This document shows, one piece after another, positions 7,231 to 16,427 of a stretch of 64,000 nucleotides of DNA (the first letter of the stretch is position 1; each line of letters begins with the position of its first letter). The notes under the pieces are model-generated. The model did not search any database. It was not told the DNA's origin and saw nothing but the letters and a program-made list of their open reading frames with translations. The stretch is from an uncultured Mesonia sp. GTDB lineage: Bacteria > Bacteroidota > Bacteroidia > Flavobacteriales > Flavobacteriaceae. The stretch covers positions 181,281-245,280 of the forward strand of contig CANLVH010000004.1 in the NCBI GenBank assembly GCA_947494545.1, given 5' to 3'. The position numbers and the translations under genes were made by a program.

Positions 7231-9372
7231 TTACTTCACTAAAGTCAACTCATCAATTATATGGGTTGCTCCGGCAAATTTGTCTATTAAAAACAAAACG
7301 TATCTAATATCTACACTTATGGTACGTTGCAATTCGTCATCAAAAATTACATCGCCGGCCATTGCTTCAATATTTCCGTCAAAAGCTAATCCAATTAATT
7401 CTCCTTTTCCGTTTAAAACTGGCGAGCCAGAATTTCCACCGGTAATATCATTATCCGTTAAAAAGTTTACCGGTAAATAGCCATCTTCATCGGCATATTG
7501 ACCAAAGTCTTTTTTCTCGTATAAATCAATTAACTTTTGTGGCATATCAAACTCTTCGTCTCCCGGTTGGTATTTTGCAACCGTTCCCTTTAAAGTTGTA
7601 TAATAATTTTTCTTGGCGTCGTTACTTTCGTCTTCCGGCAAGGCAATTACTTTTCCGTAGGTTAAACGCAACGTACTGTTGGCATCCGGATAATATTTTT
7701 TGTCCGGATTTTGGTTGCGCATTCCTTGAATCATTAGCCTAAACGCTTTTTGGTACTTATCTTCCCATTCTTTTTGCTCATCAGATTTTGCTCTGTAACG
7801 CGTTAATAAATCGGTAGATAAAGCGTACATCGGGTCGTTGTTAAGCTCTTCAATATTTGGATTGTTCAAAAACGCTCTAAACGTTTCTTCAGATTTAAAG
7901 ATGCTGTTTTCTACTGCTTCATCTATATAGTTCTGCCAAGCTTCTGCATCGTTATCGCTTTCATCAGCAATTTCTTTTACTTTAGGAGCAATATCTTTCG
8001 CTTTTTCAGAATACAAATGTAGTTGTGAGGCAAGAACATCTTTTTCTAAAGGCAGGTATAAACCATCGTACAACTTCTCGATTTCATTTTCTAATTTAGG
8101 CAATATTTCTGCTTGTTTTGCCTCGTTCTGCGTAAGGTAATATTCCATAGTTTTTCCTAAACGGTACGGAATTGTAGCCATTCTTGTACGCAATAAAAGA
8201 CTCAAATAATTACGATGACGACTACTTTCGTTTGTCTTTTCGTAATATTTGTTAATGGTGGGCATCACTTCTTCATACTTGTCGGTTTCCTGCTTTTTTG
8301 CCCATCTTTTAAACTTTCTCTCTGCTTTTCGCTTTGTTTTTGCTGTTTTATGTTCTTTTAAAGCATCAATCATTCCTTGTCTATTTTTCCAATAATTAGC
8401 GATGCTGGCATAGCTGGAAGCGTAGTCTAAATTAACTTGTGGTTTTTCATCCATATATTTCTTCATAACATCCATAGATGTTTTTGAAGCTTCTACCCAA
8501 GCAGGATAAGCGTACTCTACGTTTTGCTCAATTCCTGCAGAAGGCATCCAGCGGTTGGTTCTTCCGGGGTAACCCAAAATCATTGCAAAATCGTTTTCTT
8601 CAAAACCTTTTATGCTTGTTGGTAAATGATATTTAGGTTCTAATGGCACATTATCTTCAGAATATTCAGCCGGATTCCCGTCTTTGTCTGCGTACACTCT
8701 AAACAGCGCAAAATCTCCGGTATGGCGTGGCCACTCCCAATTATCTGTATCGCCACCAAATTTTCCAATATCTTTTGGCGGAGTTCCTACCAAACGCACA
8801 TCGTTATAATCTTGGTAAACAAAATAGTAAAACTCGTTACCGCTGTAAAAAGACTTTACGGAAACGGTATATTTTCCGCCTTCGCTATTTTCTTCTTGAA
8901 TTTTTGCCATCTCTTTATTTAAAGCGGCTTCACGTTCATCTTCTGTCATTTGGTCGTTTACTTGCGCCAACATACGTTCCGAAACATCGTCCATACGCAC
9001 AAAAAAGCGTACCGAAAGATTTTCCGGTTTTAATTCTTCTTCGTGGTTTTTTGCCCAAAATCCGTTGTTCAAATAATCGTTTTCTTCGGTAGAAAGTTCA
9101 GCAATAGTACCGTAACCGCAATGGTGATTGGTAAGTACCAAACCTTGATTAGAAATAATTTCTGCAGTACAACCTCCACCAAATTGTACAATGGCGTCTT
9201 TTAAGCTTTGGTTGTTAATACTGTAAATTTCTTCGGGCGTAAGTTGTAGCCCCATTTTTTGCATATCTACGTAATTTAAACGCTCAATATGCATTAAAAA
9301 CCACATTCCTTCATTTGCGCGCACGGGCAAAATAAATGTAGCCAAGAGTAAACATAAAAATAGTTTTTTCAT
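7231..9372 (-). CDS. dpp7: S46 family dipeptidyl peptidase, DPP7-like
   Basis: EGMW N-terminus, TNHHC, TGGNSGSPV catalytic Ser; FDGN (Gly at the S1 specificity position). Confidence 0.88.
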   Translation of the reverse strand: MKKLFLCLLLATFILPVRANEGMWFLMHIERLNYVDMQKMGLQLTPEEIYSINNQSLKDAIVQFGGGCTAEIISNQGLVLTNHHCGYGTIAELSTEENDYLNNGFWAKNHEEELKPENLSVRFFVRMDDVSERMLAQVNDQMTEDEREAALNKEMAKIQEENSEGGKYTVSVKSFYSGNEFYYFVYQDYNDVRLVGTPPKDIGKFGGDTDNWEWPRHTGDFALFRVYADKDGNPAEYSEDNVPLEPKYHLPTSIKGFEENDFAMILGYPGRTNRWMPSAGIEQNVEYAYPAWVEASKTSMDVMKKYMDEKPQVNLDYASSYASIANYWKNRQGMIDALKEHKTAKTKRKAERKFKRWAKKQETDKYEEVMPTINKYYEKTNESSRHRNYLSLLLRTRMATIPYRLGKTMEYYLTQNEAKQAEILPKLENEIEKLYDGLYLPLEKDVLASQLHLYSEKAKDIAPKVKEIADESDNDAEAWQNYIDEAVENSIFKSEETFRAFLNNPNIEELNNDPMYALSTDLLTRYRAKSDEQKEWEDKYQKAFRLMIQGMRNQNPDKKYYPDANSTLRLTYGKVIALPEDESNDAKKNYYTTLKGTVAKYQPGDEEFDMPQKLIDLYEKKDFGQYADEDGYLPVNFLTDNDITGGNSGSPVLNGKGELIGLAFDGNIEAMAGDVIFDDELQRTISVDIRYVLFLIDKFAGATHIIDELTLVK

Positions 9373-9414
9373 GGAATTATGTATTGATTATAAAATGATT
9401 TTAATTTCGTATCG

Positions 9415-9422
9415 CAAAGATA
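9415..9422 (-). promoter_or_regulatory. Bacteroidota -7 promoter box (TATCTTTG) upstream of dpp7
   Basis: Exact TAnnTTTG match about 45 nt upstream of the start codon. Confidence 0.6.
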
Positions 9423-9594
9423 CTTCTTTCCGTAAGTAAGACCTTTTACACGCTCAAAAGTTTAACGCTTTACGCGGAATTTTTTACCGAAATAATTTTA
9501 AAGACAGATTGGTTTTGGTTTTTAAGTATTTTTTAGACTTCTATTTGTTGGAATACATTGCACAATGTTTATTTTTGAGGTAAAACACAATACT

Positions 9595-10350
9595 ATGAGT
9601 GAACAAGCATACGTAAAAAAGAATATAGAAAATAAAATTGCAACCGTAGAATTTTTTCATCCCGCCCATAATTCCTTACCGGGAAAGATCTTGGCAGAAT
9701 TGGCAGATACGATAACAGAAATGGGACAAAATGATGAGGTTTTGGTCATTGTTTTAAAATCTGGTGGCGACAGGACTTTTTGTGCCGGGGCTAGCTTTAC
9801 GGAATTAATCAATATTGAAAACGAGAAAGATGGCGAGAAGTTTTTTATGGGCTTTGCCAATGTGATTAATGCAATGCGCAAGTGTCCTAAATTTATTATT
9901 GGGCAAGTGCAAGGAAAAGCTGTTGGCGGCGGAGTAGGCGTTGCCTCTGCAGTAGATTATTGTATGGCGACTAAATTTTCGGCAATCAAATTAAGCGAAT
10001 TAAATCTAGGTATCGGGCCTTTTGTAGTGGGACCGGCAGTAGAGCGTAAAATAGGCGTAAGCGGAATGTCTCAAATTGCAATAGATGCCAATTCTTTTTA
10101 TTCGCCAGAATGGGCCAAACAAAAAGGCTTGTACGCCAACGTTTACGAGACAGCAGAAGAATTGGAAGAAGCAGTTGCAGAATTAGCGCAAAATTTATGT
10201 GCTTACAACCCCGAAGCCGTAAAAGAAATGAAAGAAATGTTTTGGCGCGGCACCGAAGATTGGGACGAACTGCTAAACAAACGAGCAAAAATAAGCGGAC
10301 GCTTGGTGTTATCTGATTTTACAAAAGAGAAATTGGAGAAGTATAAGTAA
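9595..10350 (+). CDS. Enoyl-CoA hydratase/isomerase (crotonase family)
   Basis: FCAGASF, GKAVGGGVG, SELNLGIGP motifs; paa context; ATG at 9595. Confidence 0.88.
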   Translation: MSEQAYVKKNIENKIATVEFFHPAHNSLPGKILAELADTITEMGQNDEVLVIVLKSGGDRTFCAGASFTELINIENEKDGEKFFMGFANVINAMRKCPKFIIGQVQGKAVGGGVGVASAVDYCMATKFSAIKLSELNLGIGPFVVGPAVERKIGVSGMSQIAIDANSFYSPEWAKQKGLYANVYETAEELEEAVAELAQNLCAYNPEAVKEMKEMFWRGTEDWDELLNKRAKISGRLVLSDFTKEKLEKYK

Positions 10351-10358
10351 TAGAGGTA

Positions 10359-10382
10359 AGTGGGTAGTTTTTAGAGGGTAGT
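10359..10382. repeat. Left arm of the inverted repeat around the four-helix-bundle gene
   Basis: AGTGGGTAGTTTTTAGAGGGTAGT matches the reverse complement of 10761-10791 at 23/24 positions plus one 7-nt bulge. Confidence 0.85.
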
Positions 10383-10386
10383 GAAT

Positions 10387-10757
10387 ATGAAAAGTAATTA
10401 TCATTTTAAATTTGAAGAATTAAAAGTATATCAAAAAGCCATTGAATATGGTGAATTGGTTCATTTTCAGATATCCACTTTTCCAAAAATTGAAGATTAT
10501 CGATTGTCGGCACAATTTGGAAGAGCTGCGGATTCGATAGCATTTAACATTGCTGAAGGTTCTGGAAGTTCGGATGCAAGTTTCTTAAATTATTTGAGAA
10601 TTGCGGAGATAGTTCACGTGAATGTGTTGCTTCAACAACCAAAGCTTTATTAAGAAATTATATAACTTTTGAAGAAAGTGAAAAAAATCGAGGCTTATTG
10701 GTTGAAATCAATAAAATGCTCGCAGCCTTAATGAAACATCTAAAAAATAAAAAATAG
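10387..10757 (+). pseudogene. Four-helix-bundle protein gene with a 1-nt deletion frameshift
   Basis: FKFEELKVYQKA...QFGRAADSIAFNIAEGS family start; after ATT GCG GA the second frame continues DSSRECVASTTKALLRNYI...LMKHLKNKK* (shift near 10606). Confidence 0.85.
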
Positions 10758-10760
10758 CGT

Positions 10761-10791
10761 ACTACCCTCTACTCACTAAAAACTACCAACT
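10761..10791. repeat. Right arm of the inverted repeat (7-nt periodic)
   Basis: ACTACCCTCTACTCACTAAAAACTACCAACT; ends 3 nt before the paaY ATG. Confidence 0.85.
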
Positions 10792-10794
10792 AAA

Positions 10795-11391
10795 ATGATC
10801 TACAAATTCAAAAATCACATTCCCGTAATTCACGAAAGCAGTTTTGTGCATCCGCTTGCTGCGGTAACTGGAAATGTTATCATTGGGAAAGACTGTTATA
10901 TTGGACCCGGAGCTGCAATTCGTGGCGACTGGGGCGAAATTGTTTTAGAAGACGGCGTGAACGTGCAAGAAAATTGTACGGTGCATATGTTTCCGGGAAA
11001 AAGCATTACCTTAAAAAAAGGAGCGCACGTTGGACACGGCGCAATTATTCACGGCGCTAATTTAGGAGAGAATTGCCTTATCGGAATGAATTCTGTAATT
11101 ATGGACGATGCCGAAATTGGCGATGAATGTATTGTTGGGGCAATGGCTTTTGTAAAAGCCGAAACCAAAATAGAAAAGCGCAGTTTGGTGGTGGGCAACC
11201 CGGCAAAAGTGATTAAAAAAGTTTCTGATGAAATGATTGCTTGGAAAACTGCCGGGACTAAATTATACCAACGGTTGCCAACAGATTGTCACGAAAGCTT
11301 AGAAGAAGTAGAACCCTTACGGGGAATTCCTAAAAACAGACCCAAACAAGAAAATTTTTACCAGACTTTACAAGAGATGAAAAAAAGTTAA
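10795..11391 (+). CDS. paaY: Hexapeptide-repeat gamma-carbonic-anhydrase-like protein (PaaY/CaiE)
   Basis: IRGDWGEI, NVQENCTVH, HVGHGAIIHG left-handed beta-helix motifs. Confidence 0.82.
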   Translation: MIYKFKNHIPVIHESSFVHPLAAVTGNVIIGKDCYIGPGAAIRGDWGEIVLEDGVNVQENCTVHMFPGKSITLKKGAHVGHGAIIHGANLGENCLIGMNSVIMDDAEIGDECIVGAMAFVKAETKIEKRSLVVGNPAKVIKKVSDEMIAWKTAGTKLYQRLPTDCHESLEEVEPLRGIPKNRPKQENFYQTLQEMKKS

Positions 11392-11448
11392 TTTAAGTCG
11401 GCTAATTTGAATTGACACAATTTTCTAAGATTTAATTTAAGTGGTTAT

Positions 11449-11481
11449 AAAAAAAGCTCGCCAATTTGGCGAGCTTTTTTT
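11449..11481. terminator. Bidirectional intrinsic terminator
   Basis: AAAAAAAGCTCGCCAATTTGGCGAGCTTTTTTT. Confidence 0.9.
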
Positions 11482-11503
11482 ATGTTCAGAATTTTAAAAA
11501 GAA

Positions 11504-13669
11504 CTATTTCTTCTTAGAAGCTTTATTCTTCTTAGGATGCACCAATTTCATTTCCTCTATCAAATGATTTGCATCAGCATATTTATCTATAATGAATAAA
11601 ATGTAACGCGCATCTACCATAATGTTTCTGGAAATTACAGGATCATAATAATAATCGCTCATTGTGCCTTCCCAAACACGGTCAAAATTTAAACCAATCA
11701 GGTTTCCGTGGGCGTCAATTACCGGGCTTCCGGAGTTTCCTCCCGTGGTGTGGTTGGTGCCAATAAAGTTTACCGGTAATTTACCGTTTTCGGCATATTG
11801 ACCGTAATCTTTCTTTTCATACAAATCGATTAATTTTTGGGGTACGTCAAACTCATAATCGTCTTCTACATATTTTTGCATCACGCCTTCTAAATGCGTC
11901 ACCGGCTCGTAATAAACCGCGTCTCTAGGGCTGTAACCTTTTACTTGTCCGTAAGTAACACGCAAAGTCCCGTTGGCATTTGGGAAAATTCTGGCCTCTT
12001 TGGGACTTAATTCTACAATGGCTTTCATATATTCTTTTTGCAAAGCGTCTATTTCCATTCTTTTACTTCGGTAGGCAGGCAATACATCGCTATAAAACTT
12101 TTCTGCTTGTTTTTTTACAAAAGCATAACCCGGATCTTCGTTTAATTTAGAAACGATTTCTTGGGCATCACCTTGCATCATTTTTTCTAAAGAAGCATAG
12201 TTGGTCAAAGCAGAGTTGTTGTAAATATTTTGGGTTAATTGCTGTTTGTTTTTTTGCTGAAGTCCTTCGGTTAAGAATTTTTCCGGCATATTTTCAGCAT
12301 AAAACTCAATTACTTTTTCAAAAACCTTTTCATCTACTTTGGCGCTATAGTCTTTGTAGCGGGATTGTAAACTGCTTAATAAATTATCTTTTCTATCGTT
12401 AAAAGATTGTTTGCCACGGTTATTTAAAACTTGTTCTAATTGGTACAGTTGAAAACCGTTTCGCAATAATTCTACATTGCGTAAAAAAGCTTCGGAAAAC
12501 AGATTGTACGCTAAGTCATAATCTTTAAATTCGGCGTAAGCCTCATCAAAGTCATTTAAAATATGACCGTATTCTTTTTGCAAGCCTTTTGCTTTTACCT
12601 GCTGCATAAATTGCTTTTCCTGCTCTTTTTTAATGCCAACAACATTGGTGTTGGTAAGACCTTGACTTTCGCCAATCCATTTTTTGTGGTAATTGGCAAT
12701 GCTGGCATATTTAGAAGCATATTTTATTTTTATTTCTTGATCTTTACGCATAAAAACGTCTTGCTCTTTTAAAGCAACTTCGCGCAAACCAATTCTTGCC
12801 GGATTGATGGTTTCTACCAATTGCTCTATGGCAACGGCTGGTAAATACTCATCTGTAGTTCCCGGAAAACCAAAAACCAAGGTAAAATCATCTTCGGCAA
12901 CGCCGTCTAAACTTACCGGTAAATAATGTTTTGGCGTGTAAGGCACATTGTCTTCGCTATACTCTGCCGGACGGTTGTTTTTGTCTGCATAAATTCTAAA
13001 CAACGAAAAATCGCCGGTATGTCTTGGCCACATCCAGTTGTCTGTATCCGAGCCATATTTCCCTATAGACGAAGGTGGCGCGCCAACCAATCTAATGTCT
13101 TTAAAAGTTTCTACGCGAAATAACATAAATTGGTTGCCATCATAAAACGTGCTAACGCGGTTGGTTTGCCAGTCTTCTTTTGGTGCGTTGTTAACTACTT
13201 TTTGTTTGTTTTGTGCAATTATTTGTTGGCGTTCTTCTTCAGAAGAGGCATTTTCTGTTCCTTCTAAAACTTTCTTGGTAACATCAGAAATTTCTACGAT
13301 AAAAGTTACCGTCATTCCCGGATTGGCCAATTCTTCGTCAAGGTTTTTGGCCCAGAAGCCGTCAGTCAAATAATCGTTTTCTACGGTAGAGTGTGATTGT
13401 ATCTGGCTGTAACCGCAGTGGTGATTGGTTAATAATAAGCCTTTCGGCGAAATTACCTCAGAGGTGCAACCGCCGTTAAAATGCGGCACGGCATCTTTTA
13501 AACTACTTTGGTTAACGCTGTAAATATCTGCAGCGCTCATTTTCATGCCCAAATTTTGCATTTCGGTTTCGTTCATTCCTTCTAAAAGAGAAGGAATCCA
13601 CATTCCGCCTTGTTGCGCAAACATTGGGAAGGCAAGAAGGAGAATAAATAATCTAATAAGTTTCATCAT
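11504..13669 (-). CDS. dpp11: S46 family dipeptidyl peptidase, DPP11-like (Asp/Glu-specific)
   Basis: GGMWIP, TNHHC, TTGGNSGSPV; FDRV (Arg at the S1 specificity position). Confidence 0.85.
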   Translation of the reverse strand: MMKLIRLFILLLAFPMFAQQGGMWIPSLLEGMNETEMQNLGMKMSAADIYSVNQSSLKDAVPHFNGGCTSEVISPKGLLLTNHHCGYSQIQSHSTVENDYLTDGFWAKNLDEELANPGMTVTFIVEISDVTKKVLEGTENASSEEERQQIIAQNKQKVVNNAPKEDWQTNRVSTFYDGNQFMLFRVETFKDIRLVGAPPSSIGKYGSDTDNWMWPRHTGDFSLFRIYADKNNRPAEYSEDNVPYTPKHYLPVSLDGVAEDDFTLVFGFPGTTDEYLPAVAIEQLVETINPARIGLREVALKEQDVFMRKDQEIKIKYASKYASIANYHKKWIGESQGLTNTNVVGIKKEQEKQFMQQVKAKGLQKEYGHILNDFDEAYAEFKDYDLAYNLFSEAFLRNVELLRNGFQLYQLEQVLNNRGKQSFNDRKDNLLSSLQSRYKDYSAKVDEKVFEKVIEFYAENMPEKFLTEGLQQKNKQQLTQNIYNNSALTNYASLEKMMQGDAQEIVSKLNEDPGYAFVKKQAEKFYSDVLPAYRSKRMEIDALQKEYMKAIVELSPKEARIFPNANGTLRVTYGQVKGYSPRDAVYYEPVTHLEGVMQKYVEDDYEFDVPQKLIDLYEKKDYGQYAENGKLPVNFIGTNHTTGGNSGSPVIDAHGNLIGLNFDRVWEGTMSDYYYDPVISRNIMVDARYILFIIDKYADANHLIEEMKLVHPKKNKASKKK

Positions 13670-13865
13670 GGTATTGTAATTAAAAAATTAAATCAGAATA
13701 GGGAAAAATATTTTAGTCCGCAAAATACTAAATTTTGTTGGTTTTTGTTAGCAGATTTTTGCGTTTAAATTTGACTTAGGTATTAATTATAGCGCGTAAC
13801 ACAGTGTGACTTAAATGTTAAAACACCATAATTTGCTTTGATTTTGAATATAAAAATATATTTTT

Positions 13866-13885
13866 ACTAACTAATGTTCGTTAGT
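13866..13885. promoter_or_regulatory. Putative TetR (PaaR-like) operator
   Basis: ACTAAC-N8-GTTAGT palindrome 20 nt upstream of paaK, which is followed by a TetR gene. Confidence 0.55.
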
Positions 13886-13905
13886 TTTTAATAAAAAAGT
13901 AATTT

Positions 13906-15246
13906 ATGTACCAAAAAGAAATAGAAACCCTACCCCTAGAAAAGTTACGAAAATTGCAAAGTGAGCGCTTGGTAAAATTGGTAAATCGGGTTTATAAAAC
14001 CGTCCCGTTTTACAAAAAACAACTCGATTTGCACGGCGTGCATCCCAAAGATATTACTTCTATAGAAGATTTACATAAACTGCCATTTACGCAAAAAACA
14101 GACATTCGGGATGAGTATCCGTTTGGCTTTTTAACCGTTCCGCAATCAGATTTAAGCAGGATTCATTGCTCCAGCGGAACCACGGGGAAACCTACCGTTG
14201 TAGCTTATACCCAAAAAGATTTGGCTATTTTTTCTGAGGTTGTTGCGCGCTCGTTAAAAGCAGCCGGCGCAAAACCCGGTATGAAAATGCACAACGCCTA
14301 TGGTTACGGCTTATTTACCGGAGGAATAGGAATTCATTACGGCGCCGAAAAATTGGGAATGTCTGTAATTCCCGTTTCTGGCGGAATGACGCAAAGACAA
14401 ATTACTTTACTCAAAGATTTTCAGAGTGAAGTGATTTGCTGTACGCCATCTTATGCACAAACCATCGCGCATGAAATAGAGAAACAGGGTTTAGATTTAG
14501 CAGACTTTAATCTAAAATATGCTATATTAGGCGCTGAGCCTTGGACAGATGCCATTAGGCAAGATTTAGAAAGTAGTTTGGGCGTAAAAGCCACCAATAT
14601 TTACGGCTTGAGCGAAGTAATTGGTCCGGGCGTTTCGCAAGAAGCTTTGGGCGAAGAAAATACGGGTTGTTATGTTTGGGAAGATCATTTTTATCCCGAA
14701 ATTGTAGATAAACACACGGGTAAACCTTTGCCTTACGGCGAAGAAGGCGTATTGGTTTTTACAACCTTAACCAAAGAAGCAATGCCTTTTTTACGTTATT
14801 GGACTAATGATATTTGTAGTTTAAGTTATGACCATAGTATTTCCAGAACCCATATAAAAATGAGCGGAATTAAAGGTAGGGCAGACGATATGTTAATTAT
14901 TCGCGGTGTAAATTTATTCCACACGCAAGTGGAAGAAGTGTTTAACCATTATGATGAACTTTCTGCACATTATCAATTAATTGTGAGCAAAAAAGGAACG
15001 ATGGATATCGTGCAAATTGAAGTAGAAACTACAGCAGATTTTCAGCAAGAATTATTGTTTTCTACCGGTTTTACCAACGACGATTGTGTGAAAAATGAAA
15101 GCTTGTCTAAGCTTACCAAAAAATTAGGTAAGAAGATAAAAGACAGCACCGGACTTTCTATGCAAATACAGCTAAAACCTTACGATAGCATTAAAAAAAG
15201 TAACGGAGGTAAAATACAACGTATAAAAGATTTACGCCATGCCTAA
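13906..15246 (+). CDS. paaK: Phenylacetate-CoA ligase
   Basis: RIHCSSGTTGKPTVVAYT, YGYGLFTGG, GAEPW, YGLSEVIGPGV, GRADDMLIIRGVN. Confidence 0.93.
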   Translation: MYQKEIETLPLEKLRKLQSERLVKLVNRVYKTVPFYKKQLDLHGVHPKDITSIEDLHKLPFTQKTDIRDEYPFGFLTVPQSDLSRIHCSSGTTGKPTVVAYTQKDLAIFSEVVARSLKAAGAKPGMKMHNAYGYGLFTGGIGIHYGAEKLGMSVIPVSGGMTQRQITLLKDFQSEVICCTPSYAQTIAHEIEKQGLDLADFNLKYAILGAEPWTDAIRQDLESSLGVKATNIYGLSEVIGPGVSQEALGEENTGCYVWEDHFYPEIVDKHTGKPLPYGEEGVLVFTTLTKEAMPFLRYWTNDICSLSYDHSISRTHIKMSGIKGRADDMLIIRGVNLFHTQVEEVFNHYDELSAHYQLIVSKKGTMDIVQIEVETTADFQQELLFSTGFTNDDCVKNESLSKLTKKLGKKIKDSTGLSMQIQLKPYDSIKKSNGGKIQRIKDLRHA

Positions 15247-15832
15247 ACCAAAAAAACAGAGTAAACGTCGCGAAGAAATTTTGCAAATGTCTGCCAAACT
15301 TTTTAACGAGAAAGGTTACAAAGCAACTTCTGTAAAAGATATTGCAGCCGTTGCGGGCATAGAGGCCGCCAGTTTATACAATCATATAGAAAATAAACAA
15401 GAAGTTTTGCAAGTGTTGCTTTTGGCTGTAGCCGAAAAATTTAATGCTGCCATAGATGTAATTTCAGTACGGGGAATTCCGCCTAAGCGTAAATTAAAAC
15501 AAATAATAGAAGCGCATTTAGAAATTGCTTTTGAACATAGAAACAGCGTGCATCTTATCTTGCATGACTGGAAGGAATTAGAAGCGCAGCAAAAAGATAA
15601 ATTTTTAAGGCTAAGAAACGATTACCAGAATAAATTTCAGCAAATAATAGAAGAAGGTATAGAGGCTGGTAGTTTGAAAGCCGTAAATTCTACATTGCAA
15701 TTACAACATATTTTATCTTCTCTACGTTGGATTTACAACCCGGAGCTTTATAAAAAACCGCTAGAAATTAGTTTAGAAGAATATAAAGAAACCGTACTCA
15801 ACTTGTTGTTTAGTGGGATTATAAAGGAGTAG
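15239..15832 (+). CDS. TetR/AcrR family regulator (PaaR-like)
   Basis: N-terminal HTH: F.EKGYKATSVKDIA...ASLYNHI..K. Confidence 0.9.
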   Translation: MPKPKKQSKRREEILQMSAKLFNEKGYKATSVKDIAAVAGIEAASLYNHIENKQEVLQVLLLAVAEKFNAAIDVISVRGIPPKRKLKQIIEAHLEIAFEHRNSVHLILHDWKELEAQQKDKFLRLRNDYQNKFQQIIEEGIEAGSLKAVNSTLQLQHILSSLRWIYNPELYKKPLEISLEEYKETVLNLLFSGIIKE

Positions 15833-15893
15833 TGCTGGAATCTGTGGGAAAACACACTAAATTCGAGGTAAAATAGGTCTAAAATGCTATTTT

Positions 15894-15921
15894 TGTTACA
15901 TTCCTGCGAAGGCAGAAATCT
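15894..15921 (+). repeat. REP-like palindrome upstream of a GIY-YIG gene
   Basis: TGTTACATTCCTGCGAAGGCAGAAATCT followed by CAGGTAATGAGT; closely matches 3774-3810. Confidence 0.75.
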
Positions 15922-15987
15922 CAGGTAATGAGTGTAACGTGTTTTAGTTTTTCTTTTTAATTAGAGAATAATATAATAAACAAGAGA

Positions 15988-16302
15988 TTGGATAATTGGT
16001 ACATTTATATAATGAGAAATAAGCCGAACGGCCTAATTTATATCGGAGTTACTGATAATTTACAAGAACGAGTAAAAGAGCATAAATTTAAAATGTATCC
16101 AAACTCATTTACTGCAAAGTATAATTGTGACAAATTGGTTTATTTTGAAAAACTTGATAACGGTGCTAAAGCCTCAAGACGTGAGAAACAATTCAAAAAA
16201 TGGAAGAGAGCTTGGAAAATTTCTTTAATTGAAGAGATGAATCCTAATTGGATGGATATTAGCATGAATTGGAAATTTGATTTGAATAAATTTAGAAATT
16301 AG
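15988..16302 (+). CDS. Small GIY-YIG nuclease (YhbQ/UPF0213-like)
   Basis: WYIYIM...LIYIGVTDNLQERVKEH...FTAKYNCDKLVYFE...REKQFKKWKRAWKI.LIEEMNPNW.D. Confidence 0.9.
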   Translation: MDNWYIYIMRNKPNGLIYIGVTDNLQERVKEHKFKMYPNSFTAKYNCDKLVYFEKLDNGAKASRREKQFKKWKRAWKISLIEEMNPNWMDISMNWKFDLNKFRN

Positions 16303-16427
16303 AGTTTTACCTTCTTATAAATTTAGTTTTGGCTGGAACCTGAAATAATCTTTTAGAATAAGAGTCAAACACTTGTTTTAGATAGTTTTGAAATAGAAGT
16401 GTAAAAATCAATCAAAAAAGCAAAAGA

